A program made the position numbers and the translations under genes. Shown one piece after another: positions 49,091 to 59,321 of a DNA stretch of 64,000 nt. The notes below the pieces were generated by a model, which made no database searches, was not told the DNA's origin, and saw only the letters and a program-made list of their open reading frames with translations. Source of the DNA: Acidimicrobiales bacterium (lineage in GTDB: Bacteria; Actinomycetota; Acidimicrobiia; Acidimicrobiales; Aldehydirespiratoraceae); NCBI GenBank assembly GCA_963662455.3, contig OZ224042.1, positions 2,446,953 to 2,510,952 on the forward strand, written 5' to 3'. Every line of letters begins with the position of its first letter. The first letter of the stretch is position 1.

Positions 49091-50718
49091 CCAAGACAAC
49101 CCCAAACTCGCTGGAACAGGCAAACCTCTTCCATGACTCTGATACCGACCGGGATGCGCGCACTCGTAGCTCGATGCTGTGGGCCGCGTATGGTGATGCG
49201 CTGGGTTTCATAAGCGAACTGGTAGACGGAAAAAGCCTGAGGCGCAGGACTAAGGGTGCAGCACTTGACCGTCTGATGCCCTGGAGTCGAAGGGTTGGTG
49301 GACGGAGAGGCGTCAACGTGCAACTCCCGGCCGGGTGCTGGTCTGACGACACCCAGCTTCGAACTGCGGTGGGCCGCTCAATCACCAGCGACGGTTTCGA
49401 CGTCGACACCTTTGCCCGAGTGGAGCTACCCGTCTGGCCCTCATATGCGCTCGGTGGTGGTCGCGCCTCCAAAGCTGCAGCCAAGAACCTTGCGACACAC
49501 AGCACGCTGTGGTACGCCAACACCTTCTCCGGCTGTTACGACGCTGGAGGCAACGGTGCCGCCATGCGGATCCAACCCCATGTCTGGGCATCCCCGGATC
49601 TCGAAGGGGCGTACTTGCTAGATGTGATCACCGACAGCATCTGCACTCACAGCCACCCTAGAGCAATCGTCGGTGCATGCTTCCACGCTTCAACTCTGGC
49701 ACACTGCTTGCGGACCGGTTCTTCTCCAACCCTGGACGAGTGTTTGGAGATCGCGAGAAGCCTGGACGGCACCCTCTCACTGATCAAAGAGCATCAGAGC
49801 TTGAGCAGCGTCTGGCTTGGCCTATGGGAGAGATCGACCAACGAGAATTTCCACGACCAGTGGCAGACAACGGTCAGCGAACTGTGCGAGGCCGTCCACC
49901 AAGCTCGCGCTGCCGTCAACTGCACAGGGGGCCTCGCTGACGTCTACCAGGCAGTCTGTGAGAACCTCGAACTCTATGCAGAACATCAAAGGGGCAGTGG
50001 CATTCTCACCCCCGTTGCGGCCGCAGCCTTGGCTATGGTCGCCCCCGACCCCCATGAAGGAATGGTGGTTGCAGCCAACGAACTAAGAACCGACACCGAC
50101 ACCATCGCCACAATGGCTGGTGCGTTGCTCGGTGCCTGTCATCCCGGTGAGCACCCCCCTGAAGAACCTCTTGACAGCAACTACCTGCTTTATGAAGCTG
50201 ATCGCCTGACAGTCGTGTCTCAGGGGAGCCGGACCGACAATCACCATTACCCCGACATCCTGACTTGGGCTGCGCCGCAAACCCAGGCCGATGCGCTGGT
50301 AACTGACGACGGCCAGCTCGCCGTGGAGGGTCTCGGGCCAGTGAAGGAACTGGATGACGAATTGTTATGGTCACCCCGCAAAGACTTCGCCTGGCAGTGG
50401 GTCCAAACGGAATTCGGCCAAACACTCATCATCAAGCGCCGTCCCGAAGTCCGCTCCCGCACAGCCGGCAACACCCTCGAACCGCCGCCCGCCGCCTCGT
50501 CCTCCCACAAGACACCCGAAACGAACGGCCAGGCGCCTCGCCCGGGAAACCTGCCACTTGACCGCGGTCTCAACATAGACGGAGCCGTCGAACACGCCCT
50601 GGAGCACATCAACGACGACTCAAGGATCGGCTACACCGTCCGACGCACCGCGCGGGACGGAACGATCAACGACCTCGTCGCCTTGGTGACATCCATCCGA
50701 GACGACCTGCGCCGCTAA
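49087..50718 (+). CDS. ADP-ribosylglycohydrolase (ARH/DraG fold) with ~200-aa uncharacterised C-terminal extension
   Basis: 543 aa from GTG 49087, which overlaps the preceding stop as GTGA. MLWAAYGDALGF, AGCWSDDTQLR, GAAMRIQP, DTDTIATMAGALLGA. Confidence 0.8.
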   Translation: MTKTTPNSLEQANLFHDSDTDRDARTRSSMLWAAYGDALGFISELVDGKSLRRRTKGAALDRLMPWSRRVGGRRGVNVQLPAGCWSDDTQLRTAVGRSITSDGFDVDTFARVELPVWPSYALGGGRASKAAAKNLATHSTLWYANTFSGCYDAGGNGAAMRIQPHVWASPDLEGAYLLDVITDSICTHSHPRAIVGACFHASTLAHCLRTGSSPTLDECLEIARSLDGTLSLIKEHQSLSSVWLGLWERSTNENFHDQWQTTVSELCEAVHQARAAVNCTGGLADVYQAVCENLELYAEHQRGSGILTPVAAAALAMVAPDPHEGMVVAANELRTDTDTIATMAGALLGACHPGEHPPEEPLDSNYLLYEADRLTVVSQGSRTDNHHYPDILTWAAPQTQADALVTDDGQLAVEGLGPVKELDDELLWSPRKDFAWQWVQTEFGQTLIIKRRPEVRSRTAGNTLEPPPAASSSHKTPETNGQAPRPGNLPLDRGLNIDGAVEHALEHINDDSRIGYTVRRTARDGTINDLVALVTSIRDDLRR

Positions 50719-50727
50719 GATTGTTCG

Positions 50728-51051
50728 ATGCCTCGCAGTACGCGTCCCGACATGACTGGGTATGGGGTTGTCGAGGATCCTGAAGGGCTGTTGGACTGGG
50801 AGTGGGCGGAGCAGCGTCTGCTTGCCGAACGCAACTTCTGGTTCGTGACCGCCGACGCCGGGGGCCGACCGCATTCAATGCCGGTCTGGGGTGTTTGGAT
50901 GCCCGAACGCGAACGTTTTGGGATGTGCTGCTATGCCGGGGCGCGCAAGGCGCGCAACATCGGTGACAACGATCAAGTCGTCGTCACCACGACCAACAGC
51001 GTTGAATGCGTTTCAATTGAGGGACGTGCGGTCAATCCGCGCACGTTCTAA
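50728..51051 (+). CDS. pyridoxamine 5'-phosphate oxidase-family protein, possibly 3'-truncated
   Basis: 107 aa. NFWFVTADAGGRPHSMPVWGVW...KARNIGDNDQVVV...VSIEGRA. It is shorter than usual for the fold and overlaps the convergent nitroreductase end by 4 nt. Confidence 0.55.
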   Translation: MPRSTRPDMTGYGVVEDPEGLLDWEWAEQRLLAERNFWFVTADAGGRPHSMPVWGVWMPERERFGMCCYAGARKARNIGDNDQVVVTTTNSVECVSIEGRAVNPRTF

Positions 51052-51697
51052 GGCCAGAGGGGCTCGTTGACTTCTGCACCGAGCGGAGTACCCCAGCTGT
51101 TGCGGTACGACACCTCGTGCGCAGGCAGTCGCCTAGCGGTGCCCCACATCCCGGTCGGGTAACCCATGGGGACACAGCAGGCCATCCGCCAGCCCTCATC
51201 CTCAGGAACGTTGAGAACCTCAAGGGTTTCGTCGTTCTTGAACAAGAGCACACTCGTCAGCGACGAGCCCACACCTTCGGCACGGGCAGCCAACATGGCG
51301 CTCCAGACGGCCGGGAAGATTGATCCGCCTGTCGTATCGAACTTGTCGAACGCGAACAACAACAACGGGTACGTCGCAAAGTTCTGTTGCGCCCAGGTCA
51401 CCGACTCGATGATTCTTGAGAACTGGCGAGATTCAGGAGTGTCCCCGGCTGCCGCTTCCGCAACTCGGTCCTTGTAGACAGTCTCCCACAACATGTCGAT
51501 GCAGTCCGAGTAAAGCGTTCCGATCTTGGTGATCTGCTCGCGTCGTCCACGAGCAGAAAACGCCATGCTTGGCTGTTGCCTCCGCTCGGGGCCCGGATCG
51601 CGGCGTCAAGCAAGCGCAACTGGACCTCTTCAGGGATCGGGTCGGGTTTGACCCGTCGCATCGCCCTCGTCGTATACAACGCCTCACGAATATCCAT
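51048..51697 (-). pseudogene. nitroreductase-family gene with a 1-nt frameshift
   Basis: Starts at ATG 51697 after GGGAGGAA. MDIREALYTTRAMRRVKPDPIPEE...APSGGNSQAWRFLLVDD then loses frame. The remainder (REQITKIGTLYSD...CCVPMGYP) is ORF 51048-51566. The junction is at ~51538-51550. Confidence 0.75.
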
Positions 51698-51743
51698 CGT
51701 TTCCTCCCGGCTCGGTTCTAGTACTCGCAAACAGTTTCTAGTA

Positions 51744-51796
51744 TCCTTCGCAAACGACTGGAAGTTGAATTCCTTCGCAAACGACTGGAAGTTGAA
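51744..51796. promoter_or_regulatory. two exact 26-nt direct repeats (TCCTTCGCAAACGACTGGAAGTTGAA), 27-bp period, in the divergent promoter region
   Basis: Copies at 51744-51769 and 51771-51796. They end 8 nt before the SLH/RCC1 gene ATG (51804). A related CTCGCAAACAG flanked by TTCTAGTA repeats lies just upstream, at 51716-51743. Confidence 0.5.
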
Positions 51797-51803
51797 ATTG
51801 ACA

Positions 51804-54023
51804 ATGAAAAAACCACTGATTTGGGCAGCTTTCATTTTAGCTCTCGCGGCACTACCCAACGTTGCAGCAGTGCCTGCAGCGGGAGTTGCCGGCTACGGCG
51901 ACGTCGAACCCGACAGGTATTACACCAAACCCGTTCAATGGGCTGTCAATTCAGGCATAACCAAAATCCCCGGGGCCTGTTTCGAGCCACATGCCAATGT
52001 CTCGCGTGGTGAGACCGCAAAATATTTTTGGAACATGCAAGGCCAACCGTCTGCGACCACCCATTCGTTCACCGACATCACCGACAGCTCGCAGAACGCG
52101 GCGATTTCCTGGATGGCTGCAACCAGGATCACTACCGGCACATCACCGACCACATTCTCCCCCGACAGCACCTTGACCCGCGCCCAGGTGGCGGCTTTCC
52201 TGCACCGACTGGCAGGAGAACCGTCCGCTCCAGCGCATTCATTTTCTGATGTCCGGACAAACTGGCAGCAAGTGCCGGTCTCGTGGCTCTCGTCAAGGGG
52301 GATCACTACCGGCACATCACCAACCACATTCTCCCCCGACAGCACCTTGACCCGCGCCCAATTGCTCACTTTCCTCTACCGCTACATGAACGAGCCCGAC
52401 GTCACCGTGGATCCCTCAAACCCAGTTTGCCGCGACGACATGAGCACGAGCTACACGCAGGTCAGCACCGGCGAAACGCACTCATGCGCCATCCAAACCA
52501 GTGGTTCGGTCAGCTGCTGGGGTTTGAACAACTTCGGGCAGTCCAACGCACCCGACGGCAGTTTCTCCTCAGTTGATGCGGGTTACGGACACACCTGTGC
52601 GATCACCACAGACGGTGCCGTCTCCTGCTGGGGCGACAACCGATTCGGGCAGTCCAACGCACCCGACGGCATGTTCAGAAGCATCACAGCGAGTGCCACT
52701 CATAGTTGCGCGATCCGCGTCGACGGTTCGATCTCGTGCTGGGGTTCGAACACCTCCGCGCAATTGGACGCGCCCAGCGGAACCTTTACGAGCATCAGCG
52801 CTGGTGGATTCCACACTTGCGCAATTCATGCGAGTCACACGGTCAGTTGTTGGGGAGACAACGACAATGGACAGACAGACTCTCCCCAAGGAACGTTTTT
52901 GTCCGTTGCTGCGGGTGGAGACCATAGTTGCGCGATCCGCATCAACGGCACCGCTGTCTGCTGGGGTTGGAACGAATCCGGCCGACTCGACGCCCCTCAA
53001 GGCAACTATAGAACAATCGCCGCCGGCTCCGACTATTCCTGCGCTATCGGGCGCGGCGACAACGCTGTCTGCTGGGGAGCCGACCGTTTCGGTGAGGCTC
53101 GAAGCCCGGCCGGCAACTACAGCGCGATTGCCGCAGGACGCTTTCACACCTGTGCTGTCACCACCAACGGTGCTCTCTCGTGCTGGGGCAACAACGAATC
53201 CGGGCAAGCAACCCCACCGCACGGTGGTTACACCGTTGTCGCGTCAGGGACTCAACAAAGTTGTGCGATCGATGTGAACAACCGTGTCATCTGTTGGGGG
53301 CCCGACTTGAACGACCTGGCAAGTCCACCGCATGACAACTACACCACCATCAGTCTCGGTGCTGACCATGCCTGCGGAATCCTGACAGACGACGCCATAT
53401 CGTGTTGGGGCAGCAACGAATACGATCAAGCCGGCGATCCGACAGGCAGCTACAAGGTCGTCGCCACTGGCGGCTGGCACAACTGCGCGATAGGGGACAA
53501 CGGCGCGATCAGATGTTGGGGTGTCAACCACTTCGGTCAAGCGTGGCCTGTACCGCAAGCCCCTGACGCGCAATCACACTATCGCGACATAACCGCCGGT
53601 GCCCACCACTCATGCGTGATTACGGCCGACGATCAGGTTGAATGCTGGGGCAACAACGAATCCGGGCAAGCAACACCACCAGGGACAGGGACCTACAAAG
53701 CAATCAGCGCAGGAACAGTCCACACGTGCGCTGTCACCGAATCAGGTGATGTCGAATGCTGGGGCAACAACGAATCCGGGCAAGCAACACCACCAGGGAC
53801 AGGGACCTACAAAGCAATCAGCGCGGGGCACGCTCACACGTGCGCTGTCACCGAATCAGGTGATGTCGAATGCTGGGGCAACAACGAATCCGGGCAAGCA
53901 ACACCACCAGGGACAGGGACCTACAAAGCAATCAGCGCGGGGCACGCTCACACGTGCGCTGTCACCGAATCAGGTGATGTCGAATGCTGGGGAGACTTGA
54001 AGATCCGGCTTCCGGCCAGCTGA
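51804..54023 (+). CDS. cell-surface protein: signal peptide + three SLH domains + multi-blade RCC1-repeat beta-propeller
   Basis: Start at ATG 51804 (MKKPLIWAAFILALAALP). The SLH units are ITTGTSPTTFSPDSTLTRAQ(V/L)..FL(H/Y)R. More than 15 RCC1-like repeats follow (H(S/T)CAI...G...CWG.N..GQ). Confidence 0.85.
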   Translation: MKKPLIWAAFILALAALPNVAAVPAAGVAGYGDVEPDRYYTKPVQWAVNSGITKIPGACFEPHANVSRGETAKYFWNMQGQPSATTHSFTDITDSSQNAAISWMAATRITTGTSPTTFSPDSTLTRAQVAAFLHRLAGEPSAPAHSFSDVRTNWQQVPVSWLSSRGITTGTSPTTFSPDSTLTRAQLLTFLYRYMNEPDVTVDPSNPVCRDDMSTSYTQVSTGETHSCAIQTSGSVSCWGLNNFGQSNAPDGSFSSVDAGYGHTCAITTDGAVSCWGDNRFGQSNAPDGMFRSITASATHSCAIRVDGSISCWGSNTSAQLDAPSGTFTSISAGGFHTCAIHASHTVSCWGDNDNGQTDSPQGTFLSVAAGGDHSCAIRINGTAVCWGWNESGRLDAPQGNYRTIAAGSDYSCAIGRGDNAVCWGADRFGEARSPAGNYSAIAAGRFHTCAVTTNGALSCWGNNESGQATPPHGGYTVVASGTQQSCAIDVNNRVICWGPDLNDLASPPHDNYTTISLGADHACGILTDDAISCWGSNEYDQAGDPTGSYKVVATGGWHNCAIGDNGAIRCWGVNHFGQAWPVPQAPDAQSHYRDITAGAHHSCVITADDQVECWGNNESGQATPPGTGTYKAISAGTVHTCAVTESGDVECWGNNESGQATPPGTGTYKAISAGHAHTCAVTESGDVECWGNNESGQATPPGTGTYKAISAGHAHTCAVTESGDVECWGDLKIRLPAS
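53640..53981. repeat. 114-bp in-frame tandem repeat x3 (copies 2 and 3 identical), each encoding one RCC1 blade
   Basis: Units at 53640-53753, 53754-53867 and 53868-53981. Each encodes ECWGNNESGQATPPGTGTYKAISAG..HTCAVTESGDV. Confidence 0.9.
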
Positions 54024-54043
54024 CTTCCCATCCAAGGGCCCCA

Positions 54044-54928
54044 TCAAACCGGAGTGACGATGAGGCATTCCTCCGGGCCGATTTCGTACACGTTGCCATC
54101 GGAACCGACAAGCTGCGTCGGGAAACAAACCATGTAAGGTCGCCCGAGCGCCCAAGCTGCGTCTTCGGCTCTGCGATACCTCTCGAATTCGTCCGGGTCT
54201 GAAGGTGTGGTCGGATAGTTGACAACAATCATTGGCACTGGATCGTCATCCGAGCCCGTGCTCGTGTCAGTGAACTCGTCATTGAAGTCGTCGATTTTAG
54301 CCAATTCTTCCCGGGTGCGTGGTGACGTTTCCCATTCGTGAGTTGAAGTTGAGCCGTCGTCACTGTTGTGAATAGTGACCGAATCAGAAGTCACCGACAC
54401 AGTGACGACGTTCTCATTCGGGCGGTCAGCACATGTCAGAGTCGGTTGCGACGGACAGGGGTAGCCGAGGCTGTTGTCGGTGGTTGAGTCTTGTGTTTGC
54501 TGCGTCGAATCCACCGGGGCTGTGGCGGTGGGCGTTTGTTGGTCGTTGTCCGGCTGCACAACCGTGTTCGAGAGGGTCGCGCCAGAGATCTGCACCGAAG
54601 AAGGCGTCGAATCCGCCAACTCGAAACTGAACGAGTAACAATAAGACGAATCCGAACAAGAGAAGCTGATTCGGAAATCGGTTGTACCACCAGTCGCGAT
54701 CGTCACACTGATCGGTTCACCGCCCGAATCTGCGTAGTTGAACCCGAGAGTGGCGCCATCGCCTACTGGTTGGTCAGAGGACAGTGAACACACTGCCGTC
54801 GAACCATCGGCGACTGTGCATGTCACACTCAATTGAGCGGACCCTGTCCCCTCCTGAGCCGACACTGGGGACAGCCCCGCTACCGAAAACAGAAAACCCA
54901 CTCCTAAAACCGCTAACACTCGCCTCAT
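54044..54928 (-). CDS. secreted hypothetical protein (Ser/Thr/Asp-rich)
   Basis: Start taken at ATG 54928 after AAGGAGAG. Signal peptide MRRVLAVLGVGFLFSVAGLSPVSA. No family is recognised. Confidence 0.7.
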   Translation of the reverse strand: MRRVLAVLGVGFLFSVAGLSPVSAQEGTGSAQLSVTCTVADGSTAVCSLSSDQPVGDGATLGFNYADSGGEPISVTIATGGTTDFRISFSCSDSSYCYSFSFELADSTPSSVQISGATLSNTVVQPDNDQQTPTATAPVDSTQQTQDSTTDNSLGYPCPSQPTLTCADRPNENVVTVSVTSDSVTIHNSDDGSTSTHEWETSPRTREELAKIDDFNDEFTDTSTGSDDDPVPMIVVNYPTTPSDPDEFERYRRAEDAAWALGRPYMVCFPTQLVGSDGNVYEIGPEECLIVTPV

Positions 54929-55046
54929 GAATCTCTCCTTTGCTTCCTGGGAAGTCAAGCTTTACCGTAGACAACCAACAAGTCTAGTGCTTTTGTTGAA
55001 TTTTCTGTTCCAATACCGAATCAGTCCGCGGCCGGCAGCGGAGAGT

Positions 55047-56123
<1,077 letters not shown>

Positions 56124-56131
56124 TTATGAGG

Positions 56132-56929
56132 CTAGAAGTAGCGGGCGCGGTTCTGGGCCCACCACTGGTCGAGGCGGGAGAAGATCTCTTCGTCATCCAG
56201 GACGCCCTCGGAACGCTTCAACTCGAGCAGCCACCGGAGAACGTCGCCGACATGTCGGCCCGGGCCGACACCGAGGTGTTCCATGACTGTGGCGCCGTCG
56301 AGCTGGGGCCTTTCCGCGGCTTTGCGTTCTTGATGGGCGAGGTCGGCGATCCGAGACTCGAGTTCGTCGATCGATCGCTGCAATTCTTCGACCTTGTGCC
56401 GGTTGCGGGTGGTGCAGTCGGATCGGATCAAGGCGTTGAGCCGTCCCAGCAGTGGACCGGCCTCACGGGCATAGCGACGCACAGCAGCGTCAGACCAGCC
56501 GTCCGTGTAGCCCTTGAAGCGACCACTCAACCTGACAAGTTCGCTCACCTCCTCCACCACCTGTTCGGGGTAGCCGAGTTCGGTCATGCGTTTGCGGGTC
56601 ATGCGGGCGCCGACGGCTTCGTGATGCCTGAAAGTGACGCCACCGTGTTCGAAGCTGCGGGTCCTGGGCTTGGCAATATCATGGAAGAGTGCCGCTAGAC
56701 GCACTATCTCATCGTCGGGTGTCTTGGCAACGACCGCGATCGTGTGGGCCAACACATCCTTGTGGCGATGGATCGGGTCCTGTTCCATGCGCAGCAGCGG
56801 GAGTTCGGGCACCAGATCGTCGATGCGGCCGCTGTCGACCGCCGCCCAGAGCGCACCGGCGACATCGCTGTCCATGACGATGGCGGAGAGCACGGCGGCT
56901 GCATCGTCGGTTGTCGAAGTCGCTTCCAT
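56132..56929 (-). CDS. HD-domain protein equivalent to the C-terminal half of actinobacterial CCA-adding enzyme; nucleotidyltransferase head absent
   Basis: 265 aa. HRHKDVLAHT, LAALFHDIAKP, FRHHEAVGA. No polymerase-beta head is encoded upstream: the next gene starts after 187 bp, and that gap holds repeat copy D. Confidence 0.75.
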   Translation of the reverse strand: MEATSTTDDAAAVLSAIVMDSDVAGALWAAVDSGRIDDLVPELPLLRMEQDPIHRHKDVLAHTIAVVAKTPDDEIVRLAALFHDIAKPRTRSFEHGGVTFRHHEAVGARMTRKRMTELGYPEQVVEEVSELVRLSGRFKGYTDGWSDAAVRRYAREAGPLLGRLNALIRSDCTTRNRHKVEELQRSIDELESRIADLAHQERKAAERPQLDGATVMEHLGVGPGRHVGDVLRWLLELKRSEGVLDDEEIFSRLDQWWAQNRARYF

Positions 56930-57000
56930 GCACCAAAGAGTCTACGGACTCCCGGCGCCACCGGCAGCGAGTTTGACAGCGCACATCAAGATGTGAGTCT

Positions 57001-57117
57001 TCGAGTTGCAGAACGTTGTTTCCCGCTCTTGGTTCGCTGCGCTCACCGGGCCGCTCAGGCCCCGGCCCCGCATTATCAGCTGTCCGTGCTCGAATCCTCC
57101 GCCGCTTTGCGGGGCCT
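57001..57117 (+). repeat. dispersed intergenic repeat, copy D (degenerate/partial)
   Basis: gttgtttcccgctcttggttcgctgcgctcaccgggccgctcaggcc matches the core of copies A-C. The 3' half is diverged. Confidence 0.45.
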
Positions 57118-59321
57118 CAGGCCGGCACGACCTCTACGGGAATGCCGTTGACTGCGGCGTTGCCCGAGAGGACGTCGACAAACGTGCCCGGCGCCAGCAG
57201 GTTGTTGTTGACCCCGGCGTGTTCACGGGCGATCGACATGCGTGTTCCGGGTTTGTCGTGCCCCCAACCGTGAGGCAGCGACACCACCCCGGGCATCATC
57301 TCATCGCTCACCTCCACCGGCACCTCCACCTCGCCGGCGGTCGACGAGACCCGAGCCACAGAGCCGTCCGTCACGCCACTTGCGGCCGCGTCGTCCGGAT
57401 GGATCAACAGCGTGCAGCGATCCTTTCCTTTGACCAGCACGCTCACGTTGTGCATCCAAGAGTTGTTGGAACGGACATGACGGCGGCTGATCAACAACAG
57501 CCCATCGTTCTCGCGGTCGATTCGTTCCTCGAGGCGACCTAGATCGGCGATCACGTACTCGGGGGCCAGGTCGACCTTGCCGTCGGGATGACAGACGACC
57601 TCGTCGATGCGGGGGACCATCGGCCCCATGTCGATGCCGTTGGGTTCGTCCTTCAAATGCGCCAGGGTCAGACCGTCGGGGTACTTCCCGTAGTGGTCCC
57701 CCCAGGGACCCGTACGGATCGCGTTGTCGTTGAGACGCTCCGGACCAGGATCGGGGCAAGCCGCCAAAGCCACCTCCGGATCGGCGCCTCCCATCTGCGC
57801 AAACGCCGAGAAGAAACCGTCGTCGATGGCCTTGATATCGACATGCTCCTGGGGAATGCCCGCCATCATCGCTCCTACCCGGATCATCACCTCCCACTCT
57901 TCGGGGCGGCCATCTTCCGGCTCGAACAGCGCCGGTGACCACTTCCCGGCAGACCGCACCGCCCAGGACCACAGCAGTTCGTCGTAGTGGGGCTGTTCGA
58001 GAGGCGACAACCCCGGCAGGATCACATCAGCGTGCCGAGTGGTCTCGTTCAAAGCGTTGTCAATAGCGATCATGCAGTCGAGCATCGGCAAAGCCTCGTC
58101 GAGCTTGCCTGAATCGGGTGCTGAAATCACCGGGTTGCCGGCCACCGTCACCAGGGCCTTCAGCTGGCCCTCACCCGGGGTGGCGATCTCCTCGGCCATG
58201 CAAGACACCGGGAACTGCCCCATGATCTCCGGAGCGCCCCGCACACGACTGTGGAACTTGCCGAACTCGATCGGCTGATCACGCGGCGCGAGAGTCGCCG
58301 ACCAGGCGATCGGCTTGCCCCACATCAGTCCGCCTTCGGAGTCGAGATTGCCGGTGAGCGCATTGATCACGTCGGGCAGCCACGACGCCAGCGTCCCGAA
58401 CTCCTGGTTGCAGGTGCCGATTCGGGCATACCAGCAGGCCCGATCCGCTGCTGCGAACTCCCGAGCCAGGGTACGGATCTCAGCCGCGGTCACGCCGCAG
58501 GCGGCAGCGACCCGTTCGGGTGTGAAGTCGCGGGCCACTCGCTCAACCACGTCGACGTTGCGCAGCTTGTCGCTGAGATGGCCCAGATCAACGAGTCCCT
58601 CCTCGAACAGCACCTGCACCACCGCCAACTGCAGCGCCGCGTCGGTCCCCGGATAGATCGGCAGCCATTGGTCTGCATGTTTGACCGTACCGGTGCGGCG
58701 CGGGTCGATCACCACGACCTTGCCGCGCTCACGGACCTTGTCGAGCTCTCCCAACACATCGGGACACGCAAGCAGCGAACCCTGGCTGGCGTGGGGGTTC
58801 GCGCCCTGCACGACTATGAAGTCCGTGTTTGGAAGATCCGGTGCCGGGATGCGCCAAGGGTGGCCGTACATCGTCCAACAGGTGACGTTCTTGGGCCACT
58901 GGTCGACGGTGCCCGCCGAATAGATCGGCCCGGGCAGATCGGCGAGCCCCATCATCAGACCGGTGTAGCGACTGATCGAATAGTTGTGGGCGGCCGGGTT
59001 GCCGATATAGATCGTGACAGCCTCCTTGCCGTGCTCTGCGATCACGCCCGACATCAACTCCTCGGCCCTCGCGAACGCCTCGTCCCAACTCGCCTCTACA
59101 TGCTCACCTGCGGCGTTGCGGACCAGAGGCACACGGAGCCGGTCGGGATCAGTATGGAGGTGACCGAGAGTGGTGCCCTTGGGACAGATGTGCCCCTTGG
59201 ACCAGACGTCGTCGCGGTTCGGGCGGATCAGCTTCACCTCACCGTCCTCAACATGGAGTTCAAGGCCGCACATCGCCTCGCACAGGTGACAGGTGCGGAT
59301 ATGGATGTCTCTGCTCGTCAT
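57117..59321 (-). CDS. molybdopterin-dependent oxidoreductase (MopB superfamily, N-terminal 4Fe-4S)
   Basis: 734 aa. CHLCEAMCGL...CPKG is the Fe-S cluster site. Molybdopterin-binding regions run throughout, with a C-terminal barrel (GDRVRV-like VARVSSTAGEVEVPV). Confidence 0.9.
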   Translation of the reverse strand: MTSRDIHIRTCHLCEAMCGLELHVEDGEVKLIRPNRDDVWSKGHICPKGTTLGHLHTDPDRLRVPLVRNAAGEHVEASWDEAFARAEELMSGVIAEHGKEAVTIYIGNPAAHNYSISRYTGLMMGLADLPGPIYSAGTVDQWPKNVTCWTMYGHPWRIPAPDLPNTDFIVVQGANPHASQGSLLACPDVLGELDKVRERGKVVVIDPRRTGTVKHADQWLPIYPGTDAALQLAVVQVLFEEGLVDLGHLSDKLRNVDVVERVARDFTPERVAAACGVTAAEIRTLAREFAAADRACWYARIGTCNQEFGTLASWLPDVINALTGNLDSEGGLMWGKPIAWSATLAPRDQPIEFGKFHSRVRGAPEIMGQFPVSCMAEEIATPGEGQLKALVTVAGNPVISAPDSGKLDEALPMLDCMIAIDNALNETTRHADVILPGLSPLEQPHYDELLWSWAVRSAGKWSPALFEPEDGRPEEWEVMIRVGAMMAGIPQEHVDIKAIDDGFFSAFAQMGGADPEVALAACPDPGPERLNDNAIRTGPWGDHYGKYPDGLTLAHLKDEPNGIDMGPMVPRIDEVVCHPDGKVDLAPEYVIADLGRLEERIDRENDGLLLISRRHVRSNNSWMHNVSVLVKGKDRCTLLIHPDDAAASGVTDGSVARVSSTAGEVEVPVEVSDEMMPGVVSLPHGWGHDKPGTRMSIAREHAGVNNNLLAPGTFVDVLSGNAAVNGIPVEVVPA

